Origin: Nemertoderma westbladi
Lineage: Eukaryota > Animalia > Xenacoelomorpha
NCBI GenBank assembly: GCA_032718475.1
Contig: JAUCBJ010001684.1
Location: 1 to 43,211, forward strand
Length of the DNA: 43,211 nucleotides
Reading direction: 5' to 3'
The notes beneath the pieces are model-generated. The model had not been told where the DNA came from, ran no database searches, and was given only the letters and a program-made list of their open reading frames with translations. A program made the translations under genes and the position numbers. The first letter of the stretch is position 1, and every line of letters begins with the position of its first letter. Below are positions 12,092 to 26,166 of the stretch, one piece after another.

Positions 12092-15000
12092 GCTAGAGTA
12101 TGTTGTATGTGCTATAGTATGTTGACTGTGCTGGAGTATGCTGACTCCTGACTGCTAGAGTATACTGAATGTACTAGAGTATGATCGTGCTGACTCTACT
12201 AGATTATGCTGCAATGCATGTGGTATAGTATGCTGCATGTGCTATTGTATGCTGACTGTAGAGTATTGCTGACTGTACTAGAGTATTGCTGACTGTACTA
12301 GAGTATGCTGACTGTACTAGAGTATGCTGACTGTACTAGAGTATATGCTGACTGTACTAGAGTATATGCTGACTGAACTAGAGTATGCTGACTGCACTAG
12401 AGTATGCTAACTGTACTAGAGTATATGCTGACTGTAATATAGTATATGGTGACTGTACTAGAGTATATGCTGACTGTACTAGAGTATGCTAACTGTACTA
12501 GAGTATGCTGACTGTACTAGAGTATATACTGACTGTACTAGAGTATATGCTGACTGTACTAGAGTATGCTAACTGTACTAGAGTATTGCTGACTACTAGA
12601 GTATATGCTAACTGTACTAGAGTATTGCTGACTGTACTAGAGTATGCTGACTGTACTAGAGTATTGCTGACTGTACTAGAGTATATGCCAACTGTACTAG
12701 AGTATTGCTGACTGAACTAGAGTATGCTGACTGAACTAGAGTATGTTGACTGAACTTGAGTATGCTGACTGAATTAGAGTATGCTGACTGTACTAGAGTA
12801 TATGCTGGCTGTACTAGAGTATGCTGACTGTACTAGAGTATACGCTGACTGAACTAGAGTATATGCTGACTGAACTAGAGTATGCTGACTGTACTAGAGT
12901 ATACGCTGACTGTACTAGAGTATGCTGACTGAACTAGAGTATACCAACTGTACTTATAGTATGCTGACTGTACGAGAGTATACTGACTGTACTAGGGTAT
13001 GCTGACTGTACTAGAGTATACTGACTGTACTAGAGTATACTGACTGTACTAGGGTATGCTGACTGTACTAGATTATGCTGACAGTACTAGAGTATACTTA
13101 CTGACTGTATTAGAGTATACGACTGACTGTACTAGAGTATACTGACTGAACTAGAGTATGCTGACTAGGCTAGAGTATGCTGACTGTACTAGAGTATGCT
13201 GACTGTAGTAGAGTATGCTGACTACTAGAGTATACTGACTGTACTAGAGTATACTGATTGTACTAGAGTATACTGACTGTACTAGAGTATACTGACTGTA
13301 CTAGAGTATGCTGACTGTGCTAGAGTATACTGACTGACTGTACTAGGGTATGCTGACTGTAGTAGAGTATGCTGACTACTAGAGTATACTGACTGTACTA
13401 GAGTATACTGACTGTACTAGAGTATGCTGACTGTACTAGAGTATACTGATTGTACTAGAGTATACTGACTGTACTAGAGTATACTGATTGTACTAGAGTA
13501 TACTGACTGTACTAGAGTATACTGACTGTACTAGGGTGTGCTGACTGTACTAGGGTATGCTGACTGAACTAGAGTATGCTGACTATGCTAGAGTATGCTG
13601 ACTGAACTAGAGTATGCTGACTGTGCTAGAGTATACTGACTGTACTAGGGTATGCTGACTGTACTTGTACTAGAGTATACTGACTGTACTAGAGTATACT
13701 GACTGTACTAGGGTATACTGACTGTACTAGAGTATGCTGACTGTACTAGAGTATACTGACTGTACTAGGGTATGCTTGCTGACAGTACAAGAGTATACTG
13801 ACTGTACTAGGGTATGCTGACTGTAGTAGAGTATGCTGACTACTAGAGTATACTGACTGTACTAGAGTATACTGATTGTACTAGAGTATGCTGACTGTGC
13901 TGGAGTATACTGACTGTAATAGGGTATGCTGACTGAACTAGAGTATACTGATTGTACTAGAGTACACTGACTGAACTAGAGGATACTGACTGAACTAGAG
14001 TATGCTGACTGAACTAGAGTATACTGATTGTACTAGAGGATACTGACTGAACTAGAGTATGCTGACTGTACTAGAGTATGCTGACTGTACTAGAGGATAC
14101 TGACTGAACTAGAGTATGCTGACTGTGCTAGAGTATGCTGACTGTGCTAGAGTATACTGACTGAACTAGAGGATACTGACTGAACTAGAGTATGCTGACT
14201 GTACTAGAGTATACTGACTGTACTAGAGGATACTGACTGAACTAGAGTATGCTGACTGTACTAGAGTATGCTGACTGTACTAGAGGATACTGACTGAACT
14301 AGAGTATGCTGACTGTACTAGAGTATGCTGACTGAACTAGAGTATGCTGACTGTACTAGAGTATACTGACTGAACTAGAGTATGCTGACTGTACTAGAGT
14401 ATTCTGACTGTACTAGAGTATGCTGACTGTACTAGAGTATACTGACTGTACTAGAGTATGCTGACTGTACTAGAGGATACTGACTGAACTAGAGTATGCT
14501 GACTGTACGTACTAGAGTATACTGACTGTACTAGAGGATACTGACTGAACTAGAGTATGCTGACTGTACTAGAGTATACTGACTGTAGTAGAGTATGCTG
14601 ACTGTGCTAGAGTATGCTGACTGTGCTAGAGTATGCTGACTGTACTAGAGGATACTCACTGAACTAGAGTATGCTGACTGTACTAGAGTATGCTGACTGA
14701 ACTAGAGTATGCTGACTGTACTAGAGTATACTGACTGTACTAGAGTATGCTGACTGTACTAGTGTATGCTGACTGAACTAGAGTATGCTGACTGTACTAG
14801 AGTATGCTGACTGAACTAGGGTATGCTGACTACTAGAGTATGCTGACTGTACTAGAGTATGCTGACTGTACTAGAGTATACTGACTGTGCTGGAGTATAC
14901 TGACTGTACTAGAGTATGCTGACTGTGCTAGAGTATGCTGACTGTGCTAGAGTATGCTGACTGTACTAGAGGATACTGACTGTGCTAGAGGATACTGACT

Positions 15001-18000
15001 GAACTAGAGTATGCTGACTGTACTAGAGTATACTGACTGTACTAGAGTATACTGATTGTACTAGAATATACTGACTGTACTAGAGTATGCTGACTGAACT
15101 AGGGTATGCTGACTACTAGAGTATGCTGACTGTACTAGAGTATACTGACTGAACTAGAGTATGCTGACTGTGCTAGAGTATGCTGACTGTACTAGATGAT
15201 ACTGACTGAACTAGAGTATGCTGACTGTACTAGAGTATACTGACTGTGCTAGAGGATACTGACTGAACTAGAGTATGCTGACTGTACTAGAGTATGCTGA
15301 CTGAACTAGAGTATGCTGACTGTACTAGAGTATACTGACTGTACTAGAGTATACTGATTGTACTAGAATATACTGACTGTACTAGAGTATACTGACTGAA
15401 CTAGAGTATGCTGACTGTGCTAGAGTATACTGACTGAACTAGAGTATGCTGACTGTACTAGAGTATGCTGACATGAACTAGAGTATGCTGACTGTACTAG
15501 AGTGTGCTGACTATGCTAGAGTATGCTAACTGTACTAGAGTATACTGACTGTACTAGAGTATGCTGACTGTACTAGAGTATACTGACTGTGCTGGAGTAT
15601 ACTGACTGTACTAGAGTATACTGACTGTACTAGAGTATGCTGACTGTACTAGAGTATACTGACTGTATTTGAGTATGCTGACTGTACTAGAGTATACTGA
15701 TTGTACTAGAATATACTGACTGTACTAGAGTATACTGACTGAACTAGAGTATGCTGACTGTGCTAGAGTATACTGACTGTACTAGAGTATGCTGACTGTA
15801 CTAGAGTATACTGACTGAACTAGAGTATGCTGACTGTGCTAGAGTATGCTGACTGTGCTAGAGTATGCTAACTGTACTAGAGTATACTGACTGTACTAGA
15901 GTATGCTGACTGTACTAGAGTATACTGACTGTGCTGGAGTATACGCTGACTGAACTAGAGTATATGCTGACTGAACTAGAGTATGCTGACTGAACTAGAG
16001 TATGCTGACTGAACTAGAGTATGCTGACTGTACTAGGGTATACTGATTGTACTAGAATATACTGACTGTACTAGAGTATACTGACTGAACTAGAGTATGC
16101 TGACATGAACTAGAGTATGCTGACTGAACTAGAGTATGCTGACTGTACTAGGGTATACTGATTGTACTAGAATATACTGACTGTACTAGAGTATACTGAC
16201 TGAACTAGAGTATGCTGACTGTACTAGAGGATACTGACTGAACTAGAGTATGCTGACTGTACTAGAGTATACTGACTGTGCTAGAGGATACTGACTGAAC
16301 TAGAGTATGCTGACTGTACTAGAGTATACTGACTGTACTAGAGTATACTGATTGTACTAGAATATACTGACTGTACTAGAGTATACTGACTGAACTAGAG
16401 TATGCTGACTGTGCTAGAGTATACTGACTGAACTAGAGTATGCTGACTGTACTAGAGTATGCTGACATGAACTAGAGTATGCTGACTGTACTAGAGTATG
16501 CTAACTGTACTAGAGTATACTGACTGTACTAGATTATGCTGACTGTACTAGAGTATGCTGACTGTACTAGAGTGTGCTGACATGAACTAGAGTATGCTGA
16601 CATGAACTAGAGTATGCTGACATGAACTAGAGTATGCTGACTGTACTAGAGTATACTGATTGTACTAGAATATACTGACTGTACTAGAGTATACTGACTG
16701 AACTAGAGTATGCTGACATGAACTAGAGTATGCTGACTGAACTAGAGTATGCTGACTATGCTAGAGTATGCTGACTGAACTAGAGTATGCTGACTGTGCT
16801 AGAGTATACTGACTGTACTAGAGTATGCTGACTGTGCTAGAGTATACTGACTGTACAAGAGTATGCTGACTGTGCTAGAGTATGCTGACTGAACTAGAGT
16901 ATATGCTGACTGAACTAGAGTATGCTGACTATGCTAGAGTATGCTGACTGAACTAGAGTATGCTGACTGTGCTAGAGTATACTGACTGTACTAGAGTATG
17001 CTGACTGTACTAGAGTATACTGACTGTACTAGGGTATGCTGACTGAACTAGAGTATGCTGACTGTACTAGAGTGTGCTGACTATGCTAGAGTATGCTGAC
17101 TGTGCTAGAGTATACTGACTGTACTAGAGTATACTGACTGAACTAGAGTATGCTGACTGAACTACAGTATGCTGACTGAACTAGAGTATGCTGACTGTGC
17201 TAGAGTATGCTGACTGTACTAGAGTATACTGACTGTACTAGAGTATGCTGACTGTACTAGAGTATACTGATTGTACTAGAGTATACTGACTGTACTAGAG
17301 TATGCTGACTGTGCTAGAGTATGCTGACTGTGCTAGAGTATACTGACTGTACTAGGGTATGCTGACTGAACTAGAGTATGCTGACTGTACTAGAGTGTGC
17401 TGACATGAACTAGAGTATGCTGACATGAACTAGAGTATGCTGACTGAACTAGAGTATGCTGACTGTACTAGAGTATGCTGACTGTACTAGAGTGTGCTGA
17501 CTGTACTAGAGTATGCTGACTGTACTAGAGTGTGCTGACTATGCTAGAGTATGCTAACTGTACTAGAGTATACTGACTGTACTAGAGTATGCTGACTATG
17601 CTAGAGTGTGCTGACTGTGCTGGAGTATACTGACTGTACAAGGGTATGCTGACTGTACTAGAGTATGCTGACATGAACTAGAGTACGCTGACATGAACTA
17701 GAGTATGCTGACTGAACTAGAGTATGCTGACTATGCTAGAGTGTGCTGACTGTGCTGGAGTATACTGACTGTACTAGGGTTATGCTGACTGAACTAGAGT
17801 ATACTGAGTGTACTAGGGTTATGCTGACTGTACTAGAGTATGCTGACTGTGCTAGAGTATACTGACTGAACTAGAGTATGCTGACTGTACTAGAGTGTGC
17901 TGACTATGCTAGGGTATGCTGACTATGCTAGAGTATACTGACTAAACTAGAGTATGATGACTGTGCTAGAGTATACTGACTGTACTAGGGTATGCTGACT

Positions 18001-18374
18001 GTACTAGAGTATGCTGACATGAACTAGAGTATGCTGACATGAACTAGAGTATGCTGACTGAACTAGAGTATGCTGACTATGCTAGAGTGTGCTGACTGTG
18101 CTGGAGTATACTGACTGTACTAGGGTTATGCTGACTGTACTAGAGTATGCTGACTGTACTAGAGTATGCTGACTGTGCTAGAGGATACTGACTGTACTAG
18201 GGTATGCTGACTGTACTAGAGTATACTGACTGTACTAGGGTATGCTGACTGTACTAGAGTATACTGACTGTACTAGAGTATGCTGACAGTACTAGAGTAT
18301 ACTGACTGAACTAGAGAATGCTGACTGCTAGGGTATGCTGACTGTAATAGAGTATACTGACTGTGCTGGAGTAT
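12092..18374. repeat. Intronic satellite, 19-bp unit TACTAGAGTAT(G/A)CTGACTG, roughly 330 copies
   Basis: Directly visible tandem array with degenerate units at both edges. Copy number estimated as length divided by 19. Confidence 0.98.
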
Positions 18375-21300
18375 CACATGTTTACTATGCTAATTATGTG
18401 CTATATAAATATCGGCCGTATCAATGACATTGCAATCTGAAATGGATCACAATAATTATTATCACATATTTAAAATATAAATTAAATAAGTAGTCTTCTA
18501 TATGCGATAAGATAAGAGAGACAGACATTCCGAGATATCAAAGGTCGTTTTAATGGGCTTGTAACCGAAGGGGATATTCTATGACTTCAAAGAATAAACA
18601 CAGGAAGAGAGAAACAAGACATATTCGATGGTCAGTGATTAAAAACGCCATTAGAATACATTCAAGTCAGCTGGCATTATCCTCATTTGGAATAAGATTG
18701 AAAGTAGCAATAGGCCGCCTTCTTTGTGTCACTAATTATCTGAGAACTAACTCATTGCTATTCCATGGAGTATTATAATAAATACTATGATAAATTATAG
18801 ATGAACAAATAGATACAGTGAAACCTCCAAACCAGCACTGCCAATATCCATTAACTAAACTGTAATCATCATTGGTAGAAAAGACGCCATTCGTTAGAAA
18901 AGGTTTGGGATTGGATAACAACATCATGTTATTTTTAAGACTTAGAAAGACACACACACACACAGGAAGGACAAGATACAATATTGGTAGTACACGGCCA
19001 AGGATTGATTGCCTATTAACCTGAAAATGAGTTGGCTGATTAAAAGAGGGTGATGTTGTCTGTCAGGTGGAGCTGACACATAAACCCAGACTCTTGGAAG
19101 AAAACACATTTCTGTGTCCAAAACATATTATTATGTTGAAACCAGACAGTATAATAATAATTGTGAGTATCCTCTGAAATGTTGTCAAAATGATTCCGAT
19201 TGTGTGATGGTTGTGGACAGGTTGTGGATGAAGTATTTTCCATCAGATGGGTGTTGCCTCGGGGATAGAAATCCCAAGAAACACAACTCATTGGCCTTGA
19301 GGTGGGGGGTAGGTGGGTGGTACCTGGACGGTAAACCAACCACTAATCTCATCCCCAACTTAACTGCAATCCCTTCGCTTTCCATTAAAATTAATGGTTT
19401 CAACTCACGCCACACTGCCTCCTACAATGCGATTATTAATATTATATTATTGTGAATGTGTTAGCACTTTGAATGTGATTTATAGTGGCTGGGCTGGGAG
19501 AATATCTGTATTTCCGTAGGTTATATAATTCTTTGGTTTTTCGTTTGCTAAGTTTTAACATGAAATATGTCCACAAGACTAATTTAAAAAGTAAAATTTT
19601 TAATATAAAATTTACACCAGTTTCGATTCGTCATTCACTTCCGGCTTCAAGGGGATTCGCCCCATCTTGTTTTCGCTTTGGGCCGATTTATCAGCTCCAG
19701 CTAACAATGAAACTTTCTCTGGGGAGTTACAATATATCTCAACCTCGTACGAGAGGGCAGCTTGCGACGGATCAATCTCCGTCCGTGGTGCAGCTAAAAG
19801 AGGCAACAACCAGTATAGGTTGACCAGAGCTGGGGGACCTCCTGGTAACAGCCAATCACAGCGGCTGGCTACACCATCAACATGGGGGGTGGGGGTGGGG
19901 GGAATAAACATTCTAACCATGAGGCCTCTAATGAAATCGCGCCCGTCTTGGTACCCTGCCTCAAAGACCGGGATGGCCTGGCCTGTCAGATAGTTAGTGG
20001 GATAATGAAACGTTGTGCTGTCACAGGGAAGAGTTAGGTTACAATACAACCCAATGTGATTACCATCCCAGGTATCCGAATCCGTAATGAGAGTGATGTA
20101 GTATTTAGTGTGTTTCAGGGAGACAAACTTACTTAGGATATCATTTACACAATATTATCGGCTACGCTCCCAATCATACCAATGATTAATATTATTACAC
20201 AGATTCACAAACAATCGAGAAACATTAATACTAGCATTTTATTATATAAAATTCATGGCCATCACAACGTACTTAAGGCATTGATAATTCAACGGAACCA
20301 GACAAAATTAAGCGATAAAGTAAACAACAGAGATTAATAATTATAGGAAACTATAATCTGATTGGGCGATGTCGACATTCCATATTGATAGGAGGAACAT
20401 ATTTCCGGGAAGAGGGCAATGTTTCTTCTAATTTCAGACAAAGAATATTATTGATTAAAACCAACATCTCTATCTGATGGTTGATTGGTTTGGTTACCGT
20501 GTTACTGAAAGTCTGAAACCCCATGTATATAAATATATTCAACTTGGTGCTTGGTCAACTTGGAGCACCTAGGGGGATACCAGGAAATCAATTGAACTTG
20601 ATTTAGTCATTATTATAGTAGATCCGATCCGACCTTGAATACATCACTAATCAGATGACACGACAAACAGGTCCGGGAGGGAATGTAAACAACTAATATA
20701 CGTATTTATAAACGAAATGTGTACGTAGTGGTATAAACAAATTTGCGAAACAAAAGTAACTTGAATATTAAGTGTTTTATTTCTAGTGAAAAACGGGTGG
20801 CATTATACTGGCTTGTGGTCCGTGGACTGGGGTACTGGAATACTGCAAATGCAGAGAATTCAATTTAATTCAATGTTTATTATTTTGGTTCCCTCAACAC
20901 GCCTCTGCAACCTGTTCCTTTACTAACCCGCTAAAAGTAAAAAATAAAAGTATTGATCAGACCCCAAAAGTAAAAAGTGAAATAATTTTTTGATTAAAAG
21001 TAAAATATTTTTCCAGCTCTATAATAACATCGATGTTTGGAAATTGTAAAAGTGCTGGCACAACAAATGCAGGTAGCTGTGAGCCATTTCAATAATACCC
21101 AATATATCAAACGGTGTATGTCTTCGCAGGATAATTAGAAGTATATCGAAGACTGAAGGGCAGGAAATTGAATTATCTGACTGCCGTGTATCTCCAATGC
21201 GTCAAGGAAAACTTGTTGAATCAGAGGAACCCAGATGATTGCAAGCCGGAAAATGGACAAATTGATAAATTGGGTAGGGATTAAGAAATGCACTCAGAGC

Positions 21301-21755
21301 TCTTAGATTGACTCACTAATGTGATCAGTCAGCACATGTGTTCCATTTTCTACCATGAAGAACAGCATGGTTCATCGATGACATCTCAAACTGAAGTTGT
21401 TAAAAAATTCGTAACATAATGTAAACTTAATGCAGTGCCAGTACCTCACCGCATTGCAATTAATATACCGGTCCGGTATGATATATCCATCATCAGTAGA
21501 TTTAGTTAGAAGATATAACAAACGTTTAGTATTTTAACACAGTATTGCTAGTCAACCAATATTGCAAACTTGTTGGTATCGTTAAGTCACTTCTTATATA
21601 GCTAAAATGAGTCTATGATATAGTACAATATGACGGATTCTTTTTTCTTGTTGAAATAAATATCATGACATATCATCAGACACAAACTTATATATAATAT
21701 ATGGTTATTGGTTTAGGAACAACCAAATTTAAAACTTTGTAAATTAATATCTCAC

Positions 21756-22288
21756 CTTGGTTTTACGCTTTCCTGGTGCTTTTTCTTTCCGGGGTTTCAC
21801 AGCCCGTGCGGAACTGACATCTGTCGTCGGAAGACGCCGTTCCTCGCAGCCTGGAACGGTCGGAACAACCGCCGCGGAACCACCCGGAATTGGGGATGGC
21901 GCGGCCACCGCGCGGCCGTTGGGGGCGCACGACGGGGGAGAGACGACGCGCCCCGAAGGTGATTTCCTTCCCTCGACAACCTTATCGGAAGTCCCTCCGT
22001 CTGGCGAGTAATCTGAGGATGCGATGTAATAATCCCCGGATTCTTCCCCCTTCGCTACCAACGGCTGGTCCGAAGGAGATTCCTCACCACCCCCTGATAC
22101 AGATTTCCTTTTAATCTTCATCTTTTTGCACTTTGGCAATGAGTGGGTGTTTCCCTTCTCTAGTTTGGATCTGTTTGAGACACTGGTAAGTGGCTTTGGT
22201 GGATTTTCTGAGGAGTTCACCTGAATTGGCGGTAAATCAATGACTAGTTTGCCGACACCGTTCTCTGACGGTAAGCCCCATTCATCGC
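21756..22288 (-). CDS. ZNF608: ZNF608/ZNF609/brakeless-like gene, N-terminal internal coding exon (533 nt, phase 1 to 0)
   Basis: Acceptor GTTTTGTTGTAG| and donor AAG|GTGAGA. The open frame reads (G)DEWGLPSENGVGKLVIDLPPIQVNSSENPP...KKMKIKRK...GKRKTK and extends ORF 21744..22220 upstream. GDEW..GVGKLVIDL resembles the ZNF608/609 N-terminal motif GDEWDIGVGNLIIDL (recalled, not searched). Phase fits the next exon. Confidence 0.88.
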
Positions 22289-23749
22289 CTACAACAAAAC
22301 AAATATGAGACAGTAGTTATTTACAGTGATTGTAAAGTAATGTAGTTTTTTATATATATTTGCCCGGAAATAATTAGTTTTGGCCTTCATGATTCTCCTT
22401 CATTATCTCGACGACTCGACCACATAAACTACAATCATTCTCTGGCTGGCCGTGGTCAGTTTTCTTTGATGTAATTTCACTATTTCAAATGGATATTGAA
22501 CATTGTGTAAAAATATAAATTTGGATTACTTCAGATTGTTTGAAAATAAAATAAATTAATTTGGAATAAAATGTTAGAGTGCCTGTGCGTGTCTGTGCGG
22601 GGAAGTTAAAAACCTATGTAAAAAAAACCGAAAATCCTCTGCATACGAGAAGTAGTTCATTGTGAGTCAGAAACTGAAATGCAAAACTATATTATACATT
22701 TACCATTAATTAAGGTAACTCGCACCTGTCCTATTATACATCAATAGGGCCCACAGGTGGTCATATAATATGATATACAGAGGGCAAATAAATATAACGC
22801 GGCTAATTTACAGAAGATTTCTTTAAAGGGACTCAAACAAAGGAGTTACAATACAGATTGATTAATCCATATCCATTGCAAAGAAACGGAAACCTAATGG
22901 CCAAATTATAATAAGCCGCTTCATACAAACATATTAGAAGCAGCATAGCAGCAGCGAGCAGCGCTTCCGCAACTCAGTATCAGTTTTGGAGAAAACGGCT
23001 GTGTCAATTGATTAATCATGCTATTAACTAACATATCCAATAACATTAAAATCCCTCTTCGCCCAATCAACAAGGATCCTGGGAATTTCATTTGATAAAT
23101 ATTCCTCCTGCCAGAGCTGCAGCTAGCCGGCAGGTAAATAAAGCACAACCCTAACCCGCAACTGCAATAAGATGATGGTATGCGATTCCCACAGGTTGAT
23201 AGGTCATTATATCCTATATCCCGGGCTTGGATCACAATTCTCGAAGTTTTGTGTTTATTGATATTTGTCATTTTTGTCGACAAAGACACATTGTGAACTC
23301 GAAATATGTGTAACAAACTTGTGATAAACAAAACATTAAATAATATTAATTAATTACTAAATTAATTAATTAATCCAATTAATTAACCTGAAATCGTATT
23401 TCAAATGCAATGTAAAGAGGAAATCGTCAAGAAATGTACAACACAAAACAAGTGCTTCTGCTTAGGTCATGTCGAACAGTATTTATTAGGAAATATCAAA
23501 TATTTATCAAAAATGTGTGGAATTTTGCAAACACATCTCAGCGATTTAATATCACGTCTCAATATTAAATTATCAATTGTAAGGGAAATGAGCAGTTTAC
23601 AATGGCTGGTTATTCTACTAACCAAAAACAATAAACTAAAGTCAATAGATCAGGTTATACACTATTATTTCTGGAAGAGGGATGGATTTTGAATTGGTCG
23701 ACGTCGAATGCCCCCGCCCCCTTTCTGGTATTTCAAGGGGACGCTTTCG

Positions 23750-23805
23750 GCTTTATCTCCCCATGGTGATAACCAACGCTTTATCTCCCTATGGTGATAA
23801 CGAAC
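23750..23805. repeat. 28-bp tandem duplication
   Basis: GCTTTATCTCCCYATGGTGATAACSAAC occurs twice. Confidence 0.85.
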
Positions 23806-25914
23806 ATAATCAATTAATCATAAATCTTGCGATGTAATTAGGCAATTTTTAAAAATAAAGTAAATTTATGCTATAAACTGGCGTATTTAATGGCTGGAAA
23901 TATAGTATAAGTACGTCTGCACCAATTATTGGAGTACCGTATTTTAGGGAAACACTGACTGACGTATGTGGTGTATTATGTATGTCTGTGATGGTGATGC
24001 ATTATGTTGGTACCGGTAACGAATCTCGGTGAATAAAGTAGAGAAGTAGAAGAATCACATGTACAATATATCCCAGCTTAAAAGTAAACAGTTATAAATT
24101 ATATATAATATTATGCTGATCTTGAGAAGATGACCGTAGTGAATCACATTGGATGAGCACTTAGTTGGTTTGATATAATGTGATCTATACTGCGGTGCAA
24201 TATCGGATCCACCGATCCACGTAAATGGTTGCAAATTGAAAGTCGCATCCTATACAGCAGACAGCCCTACTCGGATTCTGGGAAAGTGCATAGCCCATTC
24301 ATTCGCTCTGCCAATTGCCTGATTACCCACCTTGGCTTATTCTATTCCCGGCACCACTTCAATTACTTCCATATGCGGGGAAGACTAGAGGCCAGTTGAT
24401 TACTATGAATGTAATCAACATTTTGGGACCTGTGATGGATAGAGTAAGTGTGGGATCCGAATTATATCCCAAAGGTTGACCTAGTCGGTGAAGTGAATGT
24501 GACTAAGTCGCTATGAAAGGGACAATATGTCAGTCATTGTCAGATGTGAAGTCAGGTATATCTGAGGCTGTGATATTCAGACAGACACAGAGCGACAAAT
24601 GTGAGGAGAAATAATTAAGAATCATTGAGACAAAGTATAAATGATTCGGGGAAAAGCGATTCAAATTATATATGGCCGATTCGCTTTACATACACATAGT
24701 TGAGGTTGTTCCACAATTAAATAATTAATGCATGGTAAATGTAATATGCTACATTTATTTGCAAAAATAATCCTTTGTTAATAAACTAGCTATTGATTTT
24801 AGGAATGAAACAGTTGAGAGTATAGAGTTAAGAATTAGCTGAGGGGGGCACAGTTGTTATCTCCTTGCAAGCCAACCTCATTGTGCACGCTCTGTGGGCT
24901 AAGCTAATGGATAATGTTATACAGTTAGGCGGTCGCCTTGAGGGGAGTATTATTTATACGCCAAGGCTTATAACCTCTACCTTGGGGGCCAATACTCAGC
25001 GCTTAGCTCCAAGATAAGGGACGTGTCTCCGGTTCCTGAACCCGGTACAATCAATGGGTAGGGCCCCGCTCGCTATATGGTTCACTATATGACACCGAAA
25101 TTAAGTCCAACAAACTGTGACAGCTGCAGCAGACATACACCGAGTAATGTGCTTAAATTAATAACGAGAGAGCGATGAGTGAGTGAGATCGGTCGGTCTG
25201 GACATGTGGCCAGGAAATAGTCCGACCCACAGTATCAGATACAGTCATGCGCGCGCAGTATGTAGGCAGTTCACTGGCTTATGGGGATCAATGCCAACCA
25301 AACATTACACATGTTTACCAACTTTAATGATACTTTTAGATACTCTTAACTAATAACCGGAACAGCAATATAAAGGGCAGTCTGAATTTCGGAATAGAGT
25401 AAATTATTTCTTGGTTGAAGATAAGGTATATTTGGGTGAAGGAAATATGTTTTCCATACCGCGTTTACATATGGGCGTTGTGTTTAATATGCTTAAATAA
25501 GTTCCTCTAAAGCATCAGCACACTTCCTAATATATTTACTGTTTTGGTTAGCCTTCTGCTAAACAGTAAACATGCGTATGGTGAAGTCCGTAGGGGTGCT
25601 CATGCGTGTCGACTCGAATGCTAAATGGATCTCGATCATCTAGTCAATTCAGAACTAATTTATTTTTCTGAACATAGTATTTCTAATTACGTTTCTATAA
25701 CTCTCTTAATTGTTTCTAAAACCTGTTCATTTATTAACCAAGGCTGTTAATTATAACAAAAACCAATTGACAATCCTGCAAATACATTGCGCCTGCTCTC
25801 CATCGCTAATGCCAAATGATTTTTCCCAATTACAAAATTATTGCTAAATTTAAAATTTCACTTGGCTTCTAATGTTCGGTGATAATATATTAGTCTGGAA
25901 GACCCGTTAGCGTT

Positions 25915-26160
25915 AAGTATACCAGACTTTCTGCTGTTTTATTTCACTTAGCAGTTTACCCACATTTGAAGAATACCAGATTTTCACTAAAAGCCAGGTT
26001 ACAGAAGGGCTGAAAAACCAAAACAATAAATAAATTAGTATATAAGTAGAGGATATAAGATATAAATAAACGGTATAAAACACTTGAGAAATTAAAAAAT
26101 ACTAATTCTTCATATATAAAAAAATTCCAATAAAATTTTGACCTGGATTTTTCTTCACGT
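25915..26160. mobile_element. Older, inverted copy of the adjacent 26196-26471 MITE
   Basis: ATACCAGACTTTCTGC...GAAGAATACCAG...CAGGTTAC...AACCAAAACAATAAAT is the reverse complement of the right part of the neighbouring element. Confidence 0.75.
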
Positions 26161-26166
26161 TCTTCA

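Noticed and set aside
18581-20049. Cluster of 65-145 aa ORFs on both strands
   Set aside because: No recognisable domain and no consistent splice signals; probably intronic or old repeat sequence.
21130-21238. Plus-strand acceptor followed by a 35-codon frame (IIRSISKTEG...)
   Set aside because: No partner exons or recognisable homology.
22726-22741. ATG TAT AAT AGG ACA G|GTGCGA as a possible first coding exon (similarly ATG TAT GTG G|GTAAGT near 37491-37500)
   Set aside because: Phase-compatible but without family similarity or promoter evidence; such matches are expected by chance in 20 kb.
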